DNA from: Yuukianura sp. NJ FZ-2021
Taxonomy: Eukaryota
Reading direction: 5' to 3'
NCBI GenBank assembly: GCA_046563655.1
Contig: CM102285.1
Coordinates: 1,178,001 to 1,242,000 of the forward strand
Length of the DNA stretch: 64,000 nucleotides
In this document: positions 25,010 to 37,840 of the stretch, piece after piece
Layout: each line of letters opens with the position of its first letter
How positions within the stretch are numbered: position 1 is the first letter of the stretch
Position numbers and translations under genes: made by a program
The notes under the pieces: generated by a model
What the model saw: only the letters and a program-made list of their open reading frames with translations
What the model was told of the DNA's origin: nothing
Databases searched by the model: none

Positions 25010-28000
25010 AACCTTACAAAACTGAATGAGAAGGATGTCTGCGTTTTACGTGTTCAATATACTTGTCCTTGCGATGTGTTTTGAAGCCACAGTCACAAAA
25101 GAAGCTTGGCTCCTTGTTACATACATACCTACATCAAAAACAATACACAGCAATAACAACTATTTTTAGTGGAATTACCTTAACCTAAAAACTTGAAAAC
25201 TGTATCGACCCAATAGTAAAATTACACAACCTACCGAATATGCTGCATAGCTTTGGGTTTATGATTGTATGACCGACCACAGTCTGGGTTCGGACAATAA
25301 TATCGCCCGTTCATAAAAATCGGAAAAACTGCCTCTCCCGCTACATACACAAAATTAAAATTTTACAAGAAAGGAACTGTTTTATAAATTCAAAACTTAG
25401 AACAAAAACAAGCAATTCATTCCTATACATGACTTTTCACCTTTGAAATGCTCAAGGAAACTTAAAAAAATCGAAAAACTAAAGCAAACCATGGCGACAA
25501 ATTTTGAGAGATTCCCGGTATGGAACAAAAAAGTTCGACATATGTAATATTTCATTCCAGTAAAAAAAAAATGAAATTACAACCGCTTCCAGAAATTCAA
25601 AATTCAGAATACATCAGGTTTCATTTTCCTTTATAAAATTCCAAATACACATTACGTCAAAATTTACTTCAAATGCAACCAACGTAAATTTACTTCCACG
25701 TTGAGCGTTCAAGGGTACATGAACGAACATACGCATAGTAGTAACTCCTATCCTAACATTCCTTTCGACATAGAACTTCCGCGATGTGCTTTTCGATAAT
25801 GTTGAACTAACGTTTTCCTCCAATGCGTTCTGTAGTCACAATAACAACAGCGGAAGCGAGGCTCCTTATTACATTCATACCTGCGTCAAAATAAAAAAAA
25901 TTCATAATTTTACCTACAGTTCTGGAAAAAGTGCAAAAAATTTCAATTTTTCCATGAAACTAGAAAAAACACGGAATCTACTTCATATGAAAAAGAATCT
26001 GCCCTTTTTGTTGAGAAGAACGACGACAGTTTGGAGTTGGACAATGGAATCGATTGTTTTTCAAAACCGGAACCAATTCCACTGTAGTATACACAAAATA
26101 AAAATAAATTTAGAAGATAAAATACGCTGCATTTAGAAAACTGCACCTCAACAATTGAAACAAAGAAAGCAATTTACTTCTGTTACTGGCTGACCTTGAA
26201 AAGTTTGCTTAAAAAGTAACAATTTTAATTAAAACAAAACTACGACAAACTTGCAACAAGTTTTCGTTTTCAAACAAAAAACTTGGATTGTTCCTCTGGA
26301 TGATCAAATGAAAATTTTAATTACATCTGCTTCCAGAATTTCTAAATTCAACCAAAATCGTGGTAAAAATCCAAATCGTATGATTTTTTTGGATTCCAAA
26401 ATACAAACTCAGTTTTATAAACTTAAGTTTGGCAAGCATATTTTTCTTGGTGGCGATTAAGATTCGTCTTCCAATGGGTCTTGTAGCCACAATGACAGTG
26501 GAAGCGAGGCTCCTTGTTACACTCATGCCTACATAAAAAAAAACGTAAACGATCCTACTTTCAAAACAAAAAGTAAAAAGTCTGAAAAAGCTAAAAAAAA
26601 TTGTCAAATTTGAGTCAACCTACCGCAGATGGAAGGTTAATTTCTTCGCCAACTTAAATGTACGATGACACTTTGAAGTTGGACAACAAAATCGGGCGCC
26701 TAAAATTCGTCAAAAATCATTACAACCAAAATTTCGAAAGCGATGAGCAAAAAAAAGAAAATTTTTATTAGTTATACCCACGATCCTAATGAAGCTTGAG
26801 AAGTTCACCAAATTCTATGTCGAATTCGAACAAATTCGAAATAAACCTTGTACTAACTTACTAAATTTAGCAACACACATACAAGTTTGTGACAAAACTT
26901 GTAAGCATTTAATATACATTTTTCAAGTCCCAGTTTACAAATAATTTTGAAAAAGATGTAAATCCGACTAAAATTTAATGTGGAGTAGCGTGTGTGCATT
27001 TTATGTGGGAAGTCAATCTGTCTTTTCGATGTGTCTTGAAACCACATTCAGAACAACGGTATCGAGGCTCCTTGTGACTGTGACATTCACGGCTTCACAA
27101 TATAACACAAAATGAAAAAAAAACTCAGCTTTTTAGAAATTCCCAAATAACATAAGCAAACCACAATTTTTTTTGTACTGATCCTAAACCAAAATTGAAC
27201 CTACCTATGACGGGCAAGACTGTCTGTCCGACTATAAGAACGTCCACAGTTTGGAGTTGGACAGTAAAATCGTTTCTCTAAAAATCGCAAATGAAGTGAC
27301 AACAACGACAGTTTCAAACTCAAACAAAAATTATTAGTTCATAAAAAATTATTTGCGGCTCCATTACGTTTGACAGCTGAGAGGTTCACTATGCCTTTCA
27401 AATTTCCTTTAAAATGCCAAATTTACAAAAAGCATAAACTCGAAATATCTGTTTATAGCTAAGTACGTACATCAGTTTTCATAATTCCAAAATCTGCCAA
27501 AATTCAGTTTTGAATGTTTTAATTTTGGAAACCAAACGAGAAATCCATTTTTGTTAGAATTCCTAGTTGCTAGAAACAAGTAATTTTTTGAAATTGCTGT
27601 CAAAGTGACCTTATTACAACAATCAGCTAGTAATCAGATACTCCCGCATGGTGAATTCTGAGGTGACGATTTATACATATCGGCCAATGGCTCCTGTAGT
27701 CACAATAACCACACTGGTAACGACCTTCCTTGTTACATTCATACCTATACATTCAATCAAAAACAAACAAATAACAAGTTATCAATTTATAAAAAGGTAT
27801 GTTTTTTTAAATCTTCAAAACTGTCAAAAATTTCTTCATTTTGGTCCAATAGAATTGAAAAATTCCAAACCTACTGGATATGCCGCACGGCCGCATTCCT
27901 CTGAGTGTACGAACGACCACAATTTGGAGTTGTGCAATAAAAGCGCTTGTTTTTCACAATCGGAACCACGTACACTACATCGTAAAGAAAAATGTTTAAA

Positions 28001-31000
28001 CAAAATTCAAAATTTCGAGAAATCAAATTTATCTCTGTCCATGGCTATACATTTGAAAAGTTCACCAATAAAATGAAACCATCAAATAAAATTGAAAAAA
28101 AATCTTCACTATTAAATTTCAAAACACAAAATATGCAACAAAATTCCAAAAAATGGAAAAATAGAAATATAGAAAGGCTAATCTCATTCAAACTCCAAAT
28201 TGGTCGCTACAAAATACAAATTTTGCAATTTTGCCATTTTTCTTCATATCAAAGCTTAACATTGCCCATGATGCCGATTTTGGTGTTGCTCTAAGGCCGA
28301 CTTGCGATATGTTTTGTAGTTACAGGAACAACAACGGTAGCGAGGTTCCTTGTTACACTCATGCCTACATCAAAACAAAACAACCAATAAATGTGTTTAT
28401 GACTAAAGTTGAACAATAAAAAGTAAAAAAAAATTCAAATATTTCGAATTTTAGTCACCCTACCGGAGATGATAGCTAAAATCCCGTTTCAGACTAAATG
28501 AACGGCGACAGCCTGCAGTTGAACAATTGAATCTCCTACCTAAAAATCGTCAACAAGAGGATTGTAGCACACAAATTTCCAATTCCAGAAGACCAAGCAA
28601 ATCATTTTTAAAAAATTGAGCCAATAGCCAGTCGTATATCTGAGATGTTCACTCCAAATTAAAAAACAAAAGAAACTTTGATGAAGAAGAAACCTAATAT
28701 ACGAACATCAAAATTTATTAAAATCGATTTTTTTCAAATTCCTTGCCAACTACACATTTTTTTCATAATCCTAATGGGAAAAACTAAAAACCACCGTGGA
28801 GTTTTTTTAAGTGGCGGTTTAAAGACGATTTCCAATGTGTTTTGTAGTTACAGTAACGACAACTGTGACGAGGTTCCTTGTTACATTCATTTCTAACGCC
28901 AAAGGAAAAACAAACAATATGTTTCATTTTACTTATGAAAAGTTTCAAAATTTTGTTATATTTTTATCCAATAGAAGAAACATATGACCTACCGCATATG
29001 CTTCTTACAGTCAGCCTTGTAGATGTACGAACGACCGCAGATATTTGGACAATAAAATCGATTATTTTCAAAAATCGGAACCATCTCCACTAGTTAAAAG
29101 AAAACAAAAAACAAAATTCAAAACTTAAGAAAAAAAAACAGTTTACAAAACTTCAAAATTTGTCCATGACTGTTGACCCTTGAAAAGTTCATAACATACA
29201 AAGTCAAATAAACCTGAAGAAAATCTCGAGAAACTCACAGTTAAAAGTCCAGAATCAATCCGAAATCAGTTCGATCTCGAATTTAGAAAATTTCGAAAAA
29301 CAGGTTACTATAATATTTCAGCTGCTAAAATCTTCTGTTTTACAACATCAAACTCTAAAACACTAAAATCTAAATCTAAACAATGAAGCAACTGATTCCT
29401 GCGCATGACTTCCATTAAAAAGTTCACTCACATCAATGATTCAAAAAACCTCAATAAACTTGCAACATGAAAATGTCAAACATGGAATTTCCTTTGAAAT
29501 CAAAAACGAAAGTGTTTTAAGCACAACACAGCGTCCAGAATTTCCAAATTCCACCAAAATCGGTGTAGAAGTTAAAAAAAAATCAAAATCGGTGACTATT
29601 TTGGATTCCGTGAATTTTCTGTTGATGCTTATTAAAACTCGTCTTGGAATGGGATTTGTATCCACAATGGCACCGGAAACGAGGTTCCTTGTTACATTCA
29701 TGCCTACATCAAAACAAAATACATAAACTGATCGAATTTTCAAAAAAGTTCCAATCTTTTTATTTTTGAAAAAATTCCAAAATTTCAAATTTTAGTGCAC
29801 ATACCGCAGATGGTAGGTCACATGCCAAGTGAATTTAAATGAACGATGACAGTTTGGAGTTGGACAATAATATCGCACGGCTAAAATTCGCAAACAACAG
29901 AATTTTTGCACAGAAACTTCAAACTCAAAATTTTAAAAAAATTGTAAAAAAAAAAAGAAAAAAAAAAGAAAAGAGAATAAATTATGCCCAAGACCATTGA
30001 GATGTTCACAAAATTTAATAACCTTTAAACAAAATTTAAAAAACTTTACAGGAACACAGCAATTGCGCTGGTTTGCCTAACTTTAACTTTTTCAAATTCG
30101 ATTCACAGTGTTAAGTTATGTTAACGTAATCAGGGTAGGTTTTGTTAAGTTAACGTAACAAAAGTTAGGATTGTCCAACATGGTGGGTGATTTTGTGCCG
30201 AGTTAGGTTTTGTCTCCAGTGTGTTTTGTAGCCACAGGGACAGCGGAATCTGTGCTCCTTGTTACATTCATGTCTGCATTAAATCAAAAAATTCTTTTCC
30301 AAAAATTGTTTAAAAGATGAAATTTTTAAATCATATTTCAACTACATTATGACAAATCGTGGACCTACCGAATATGATGAATAAAACTACTTTTCCGCCG
30401 ATACGTGCGACCACAATTAGGATTCGGACAACAAAATAGGTTACCTAAACATTTCAAACGACAACACTGAACTTGTCCAAAATTAAAATTAATTTAATCA
30501 ATGCGTTAACACATAAAAATCCAAACAAATTCGAAAAAATACAACAATTTACTTCGTGCCGATGAAGATCCTTGAGAAGTTCATTGAATTCTAAAATCCA
30601 AAAAGTTGAAAATTTACAAATCGCAAACTAGATTTGATTTTTGAAATTCGCACTACTTTTTATTAAGGACGAGTGCTATGCAATTCCAAAGTATAGAATA
30701 TGCAACGGAATTCCGAAATTCTATTCAGAGAGGCTTATATCTTTCCTTTAGACTTCAAAAAACAACAACAACAGTTCACAAAACTTCAAAATTTCGGAGT
30801 TAGTACCAAGAAATTTTTTGGCAACCTTTCTCATAAATGTTGACTAACGTCCACCATGATGGAGATTCTTGTGGCGATGTAAATGTGATATCCGATGTGT
30901 TTTGTAGCCACAGTGACAATGGTGACGAGGCTCTTTGTTACACTCATACCTAACGCAAAGAGTAAAATTCAAAATTTTTCCAAGTCTAGAAACAAAATGC

Positions 31001-34000
31001 CAGATTTTTCCAAGGAAAAATTGTAATTTTTGACTTTGAAAATTAAACAAAAATTCAACCTACCGAATATGATTGACAAGAGAGCCTTTCCATAGATAAG
31101 AACGACCGCAGTTAGGATTTGGACAATGAAATCGCTTGTCTAAAAATTTCATCAAAGGCTACTAAAATTTTTAGTTTTTAAAATCTGTCGTTTTACATAA
31201 AAATTAAAAATTTAAACAAACAAGCAGCTTTCTGCTCATGATTTCCTTTGAAAGGTTCACTCAATTCCAAAATTAAAAAAAATTGAAACTAGAGACTTCC
31301 AAACACATTATGGTGATAATTCATCTAGATAAAAAAAAAATCAAAATTTCCAATTTCAACTGATATCCGTTTAGAAATAGAAGAACAAAGAAATCAAAAT
31401 TCGCAAATATTTCGGATTCCGTGAACTTTCTGTCGGTACCGATTAAAACCCGTCTTCAAATTCCGAGTTTCCACTAACACAAGCAACACCGCACAAAATT
31501 TATGACTCGACAAAAGTTTAAAATTACAAAAATTTATACACACACTGTTTTCTGTCGAATTTCAACCTTTAATTTTAAATTTCAAAGGTTTCAAAGGTCT
31601 TTTGAAATTCGTATCATGGTAGGTAAAACCAAAAAGTTAATGACACCCTCCATGGATACTGCTGTTCTGGTGCCGTTCTAAATTGGCCTTCCGATGTGTT
31701 TTGTAGCCACAGTAACAACGAAATCTCGGCTGCTTGTTACATTCATGTCTGCATTGAATCAAAAATTATTTTCCAAAAATTGTGTAAAAGATGAAATATT
31801 TAAATTCTATTCCAACTACATAATGCAAAGTCGTGAACCTACCGAATATGATGGATAAAAGTATGTTTCCGCAGATACGTGCGACCACAATTAGGATTCG
31901 GACAATAGAATCGGATACCTAAAAATTTCGAACAACAACACTAAACTTGTTCAAAGTTAAAATGAATTTAATCAATGTGTTAGAAAAAATAGAAATCCAA
32001 ACATAAGACTTTGAACAAATTCAACAATTTACTTCATGTCTAGAAGCTCATTGAATTCTAAAATCCAAGCAGTCGAAAATTTGCAAATCGCAAACTAGAT
32101 TTATTTTTTGACATTCTCACTATTTTTTTTTATTAAGGACGAGTGCTATGCAATTCCAAACTAAAGAATATTCAACAGAATTCCACAATTTTATTCAGAG
32201 AGGCTTACTACCTTTCTTGCAGACTTCGCAAAACAACAACAACAGTTTACAAAACTTCAAAATTTCGGAGTTCCATACCAAGAAATCTTTTGCCAATCTT
32301 TATCAAACATGTTACCTAACGTCCACATGATGGAGATTCTTGTGTTGACGTAAATGTGAGATCCGATGTGTTTTGTAGCCACAATGACAATGGTAACGAG
32401 GCTCTTTGTTACATTCATACCTATTGAAAAAAGTAAAATTTTCCCAAAAGTCTACTAGAACAAAAGATTTCAGAATTTATTTTAGAAAAATTATAATAAT
32501 TTGACTCTGAAAATTCAACAAAAATTCAACTAACTGAACATGATTTACAAGACTGCCTTTCCATTGATAAGAACCACCGCAACTTGGATTTGCACAGAAA
32601 AATCGCCCGTCTAAAAATTGCGTACACGGCTACTAAAATTTTCAGTTTTTAAAATCTACTGTATTACATAAAATTCTAAACAAAGAAGGTTTCGGAAAAC
32701 GGAAATCTAACCAAACAATGAAACTTCCTCTAGACAGAAAAAAAATTCATTACTTCCAACTTCAACCGAAATCGACCATCAAACAAATTAACTTAGGATA
32801 ATATTTTGGATTCCGTGAATTTTCTGTTGGTGCTTATTAAAACCCGACTTCGAATGGGTTTTGTGGCCACAGTGGCAACGGAAACGAGGTTCCTTGTTAC
32901 ATTCATGCCTACATTAAATAAAAAAAAACCATCTTATCGTATTTTCAAAAACGTATCGAACTCTTTAGTTTAGAAAAAATTCAAAAAATTGCAAATTTTG
33001 AACCCACCGAAGATGGTAGGTGACATGCCTTGTGAATTTAAATGAACGACGACAGTTTGGAGTTGGACAATATAATCGTACGCCTAAAATCAAAAGAATT
33101 ATACCATCCAAATTTCAAACTCAAAATTTTGATCAAAATCCCAACAAATTTACTTATTATCAGTCCATGACCTATGTTTGAGAAGTTCACCAAATTCCGA
33201 CTTTCCATTAACCTAAGAAATTGTAAAACACTGCACAAAATCTATGACATGAATCGTCCAGTCCCACGGCGTTGGAGAGAACATCCGGAAATAGTTCCGC
33301 TTGCTCTGTTTGCTGACCGCGACCAGCTTTAAAAGAAGCCCTACAACTCCACCACACCACCATTCGAAAGTTAAAAGTAAGATTTTAATATACTGAGATT
33401 ATGGGAATGTACAACATTCATTTTTTTTCGACTTGTAAGAATTTCAAAATAATATGAACAATTTATACCGTAGTTTGAATAAAAATTACATTGTTTCTCG
33501 CAAAGTTATGTACAAAAATTTACAATTGCACAAAAGAACAAAGTAAAAAATCAATAGCATTACCTAACCTAGTTACCGCGGCGGCATCTTGACCTGTGTT
33601 CGTCCTCAAACAAAACTCTCGAGACAATTCACTGATTTATCGAATTTCGACACTAGCGAGAGATACAAATTCCATAATTGTTTGATTCGGGTCTCTTCAA
33701 ATTCGCGCCATTTTCACGGCAAACCAAAATTTAACTAACATTAGCCATGGAACTTCTTCTGATGACGCTTAAAACTTTTAATCCAATGTGTTTTGTAGTC
33801 ACAGTGACAACAGCGGTAGCGCGGTTCCTTGTTACATTGATGTCTAAAGAAAAAACACTCGTCATAAGTTTATGTAAAGTTTCAAATTTCCAATTTTATT
33901 CAGCCTACCGTAGATGGTAGATAAAATCCCGCTTCAAACTGAATGAACGACGACAGTTTATAGTTGGACAATAAAGACGTTTGCCTAAATTACGAAAAAT

Positions 34001-37000
34001 TTAACACCAAAATATTTTTCAGAAAAGTGATTTGTGCCAATGGCCTCCAGGTTTGAGAAGTTCATCACTTCAAACAAAAAAAAACAGGAAAATTTGTTGC
34101 CGAAATACCAAAATTTATTAGAAATTTACTTTTTTTTAGTTCATGGCTAACTGTAACCTGCGTTTGAAAATTCCACTGAATATTATTTTAACTTTAACCT
34201 TAGGACAAAAAGTTGGATACACAAAAGTTAGTCTAAACTTGCTAACGTATCCTAATTGTCACCATGACAGCTGTATTCGTGGCGCTTCAAATTCTTTTCC
34301 CAGTGGGATTTGTAATCACAGTAGTCACACTTGTGGCGAGGTTCCTTGTTACATTCATACCTAACAAAAAACAAAACCCAACACTAGTACAACAACTTTT
34401 TACAACTTGACCTAATATAAAACTTTTTTTAAATTTAATAAAATCTTTCCCATAAAATCAAAATTGTTATTTTTTTATCCAATAATAGAAAATAGTAATG
34501 AACATACCGAATATGCCACAAAGCATGCTTTCTGTGCATGTACGAACGACCACAACTTGGATTTGGACAATAAAACCGATCGCTTTTATAGATCGGAACC
34601 AAGACCACTACAAAGACAAATTTAGAAAACACAAACACCGTGTTAGACGAAATTCACAATTTCAAACAAACAATTCAACTTCTTTCTGCTCATGACCTTT
34701 GAAAAGTTCACTAAATTAAAACTTTTAGAACAAAACTTAGAACAAGCTACTAAAACCTTGTACTAACGTTGTGCTTAAGGATCTTAGAACAAAACCACCA
34801 AAATTATTCTCAATTTTCCATCCTTAAATCCTAATGAGGTTGTGACTGTTTGTTAACCTATCAAAAATTAAGAAAGTCCACCATGGTGGGTGATTTTGTG
34901 GCGAGTTAAGTTTCGGATCCAGTGTGTTTTGTAGCCACAGTGACAACGGAATCTGGGCTCCTTGTTACATTCATGTCTACATCAAATCAAAAAAATTCTT
35001 TTCCAAAAATCTTTTAAACAAGATGAAATTTTTGGATTCTATTCCAACTACTTATATGAGCAGCCGTGGACCTACCGAACATGATTGATAAGGCTACATT
35101 TCCGAAGATACGAACGACCACAATTCGGATTTGGACAACAAAATCGGCTACCTAAAAATTTAGAATGGCCACACTAAACTAGTTCAAACTTAAAATTTAT
35201 ATAAGCATTACGTTAAAAAAAAAAACCAAACACCAGACTTCGAATGAATCCAAAAATTTACTTCGTGCCAAACGAGGACCATTGAGAAGTTCACTCAACT
35301 CTAAATTTTAAAATATGAAGTTCAAAATTTGGCAACCACAAATTCCCTTTTTGAAATTTATATTGTATTTATTATACATATTTTTATATCCACCATGGTC
35401 GAGGAAAAGAAAGTTCTAATTCAACAAGAGTTTCCACAATACCAAAATTTATCCAAAAACACTTTTCGGGTCTAAAATCCGAACTTTTGGATTCTAAAAC
35501 TCCAAATTCGGATTTACTTCACAGTATCACCTCAACTTAACCCAAAACTTGTTCCATGAACTTGCTTTTGATGAAGTGCTAAACACGCCTTCCGCTGAGT
35601 TTTGTAGTCACAGTAACAACAACAGTAGCACGGAGGCTCCTTGTTGCACTCATTCCTGCATCAAAAAACGAAACATTTCGTAATTCTGTCCAAAGTTACA
35701 AAAAAAAAGTTCAAAATTTCAAATACTACTCCAACTCAAAAAATCTACATACCGCAAATGGTAGGCAAGATCCTCTTTCAAATCAAATGAACGACCGCAG
35801 CTCGAAGTTACACAACAAAATCGAATGCCTAAAAATTTCACAAACAAAATTTGGAACACAAAATTTGTGACCATGGACCTTGACGTTTGAGAAGTTCACT
35901 TCAACTCACAAATTCACCAATTTTAAACCAAAAAAAAAGTTTAAACCAAAACGAAATGCCAAAATTTTTAGTACAATGAAATCTATTGGGAATTCCTAGG
36001 CAAAATTCGTATTTCGAAATTCGCGTCTTCGTAATGTTGACGCTGACGCTGGTGACGAACTAAATGTGATTTCCAATGTGTTTTGTAGCCACAAGTTCAG
36101 TGACAAGTTCAGTGTTCAGTGACAAGAGAGACGAGGCTCCTTGTTACATTCATACCTACATCATTCAAAATGTTGTTCAAAATTTTGAGTTTTCTAAGTC
36201 AAAATTCAAAATTTGTTTGTGGAAGGTCTGGACTTTACCGAAGATGACGAACTAGACTGCCCTTTACAATAAAAGCCCTACGGCAGTTGGGAACTGGACA
36301 ATGAAATCGCCGATCTAAAAAGCCAAAACGAGAGGAAGCAACTACCAAAATTCAAAATAAAATTTGGAACATAGAAATATGAAAAACAATTTCCAATGCC
36401 TGTCCATGACCATTGAGAAGTTCAGAAAGTTAAACACAACAGCAAAGATGAAAGGACAAGACGCAAACTTTAAACCAGTTTTTTTTTATGAGTAAACATT
36501 TAAGAACTCTAGTTTTAACAAAAATCTTTAACTTTGTACTCACGTTCACAATTTTAAAAAAGCCGAAAAGTCCTTCCCTGACTAACACAAACATGAATGA
36601 TAATTTTTAATTTTTATATTCCAAGGTTTTAAAATTAAATATAATTTTTTTTAAACTTCTCTAACTTGTAAATAAAACTTTTTGAAATTGGTGTTCATGT
36701 AGACTAACATTTAATAAAAAAAAAGTTTAAGTTCGCCCACCGTGGCGTCTGATTTGGTGGCTATTTAAATGTGATTTCCAATGCGTCTTGTACCCACAGT
36801 GACAAAAGTGACGAGGCTCCTTGTTACATTCATGGCTGCAACGAAATCTAATTTTAGAAGAATTTCCAAAAAGTTACAAATGATGGAAGAAAAAAACCTA
36901 CCGAAGATGAGAGAGAAGACTGCGTCTATGATTATAACAACGGCCACAGTTTGGAGTTGGACAATAAAACTGCTTCTTTCCTACAACCGAAAACGATGTA

Positions 37001-37725
37001 ACACACAATTTAAAAAAAAAACAGCTAAGACGACTTTTTTTTTCCTTTATGACCTTGAAAAGTTCACAAATTAAAAAAAACCAACAACCTTATTTAAGAA
37101 AAAATTTTTGAAATTTTCATTTTCTATAGAGAAATTTTCGTACTTCATGAATTTCAAATTTCACATTTTTCAAATTTCCTGGTGGCATCACGTGTCTTCA
37201 ACGCGTGTCAAAGTTCACAATCTTGAAGTAGAAAAAAAACGCAACCTACCGCATATGACGAATAAGACTCTTGCGCCAACCATAAGAACGGCCACAGTTT
37301 GGAGTCGGACAGACAAACCGATTGCCTTTTTACAAATTCAAAAAAAACTGAAATAATAAAAGTATAAACCGAAACTTCAAAAGCCATTCGAAAAATTTTC
37401 AAAAAACTTCCATTTCCATAATTTTGTAACAAAGTTTATTACATTCTGTCCATGGCATATGACCTTTGAGAAGTTCACAAATTGAAAAAAATAACAGAAA
37501 TCTCAAGATAGTGGCTTCGGAAAACGCAGAACCAACGTTAAAACGTTGTTTAAAAGTGGACTACGTTTTTTAGTCTCATTCCTTTCTTTAGAAAACCGCT
37601 GCAACAAAATGCAACGACGCCCAATGAAAGCACCTTGTCGATGACGTGTTAAATGGTTCATAGTGTAACTCTTATTGTAGCCACATCCACAAAAAGAACG
37701 AGGCTCCTTGTTACATTGATAGCTA
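25010..37725 (-). CDS. Central block of two-exon ZF variable cassettes (~19 pairs plus an orphan A and an orphan B exon)
   Basis: Same architecture. Approximate spans: 25010-25340, 25690-26084, 26420-26700, 26968-27278 (broken), 27630-27980, 28256-28540, 28750-29090, 29560-29880, 30165-30444, 30844-31139, 31637-31918, 32316-32611, 32790-33083, 33735-33984, 34240-34607, 34868-35151, 35537-35828, 36000-36314 (stop), 36727-36980. Orphan A 37249-37325; orphan B 37560-37722. Confidence 0.85.
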
Positions 37726-37840
37726 AGATCAAACACAACTTAATCAAAAACTTACATCAGATTTACATCAAAAACAAGTTACTCATTTTCGTAATTCAAA
37801 AACAGCTTTAAAAAAAATTCATTTTTTCACAACGTTTCGA

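Noticed and set aside
33240-33720. Non-cassette stretch as a defined transposon
   Set aside because: Looks like an insertion, but matching TIRs, a TSD or an ORF could not be established.
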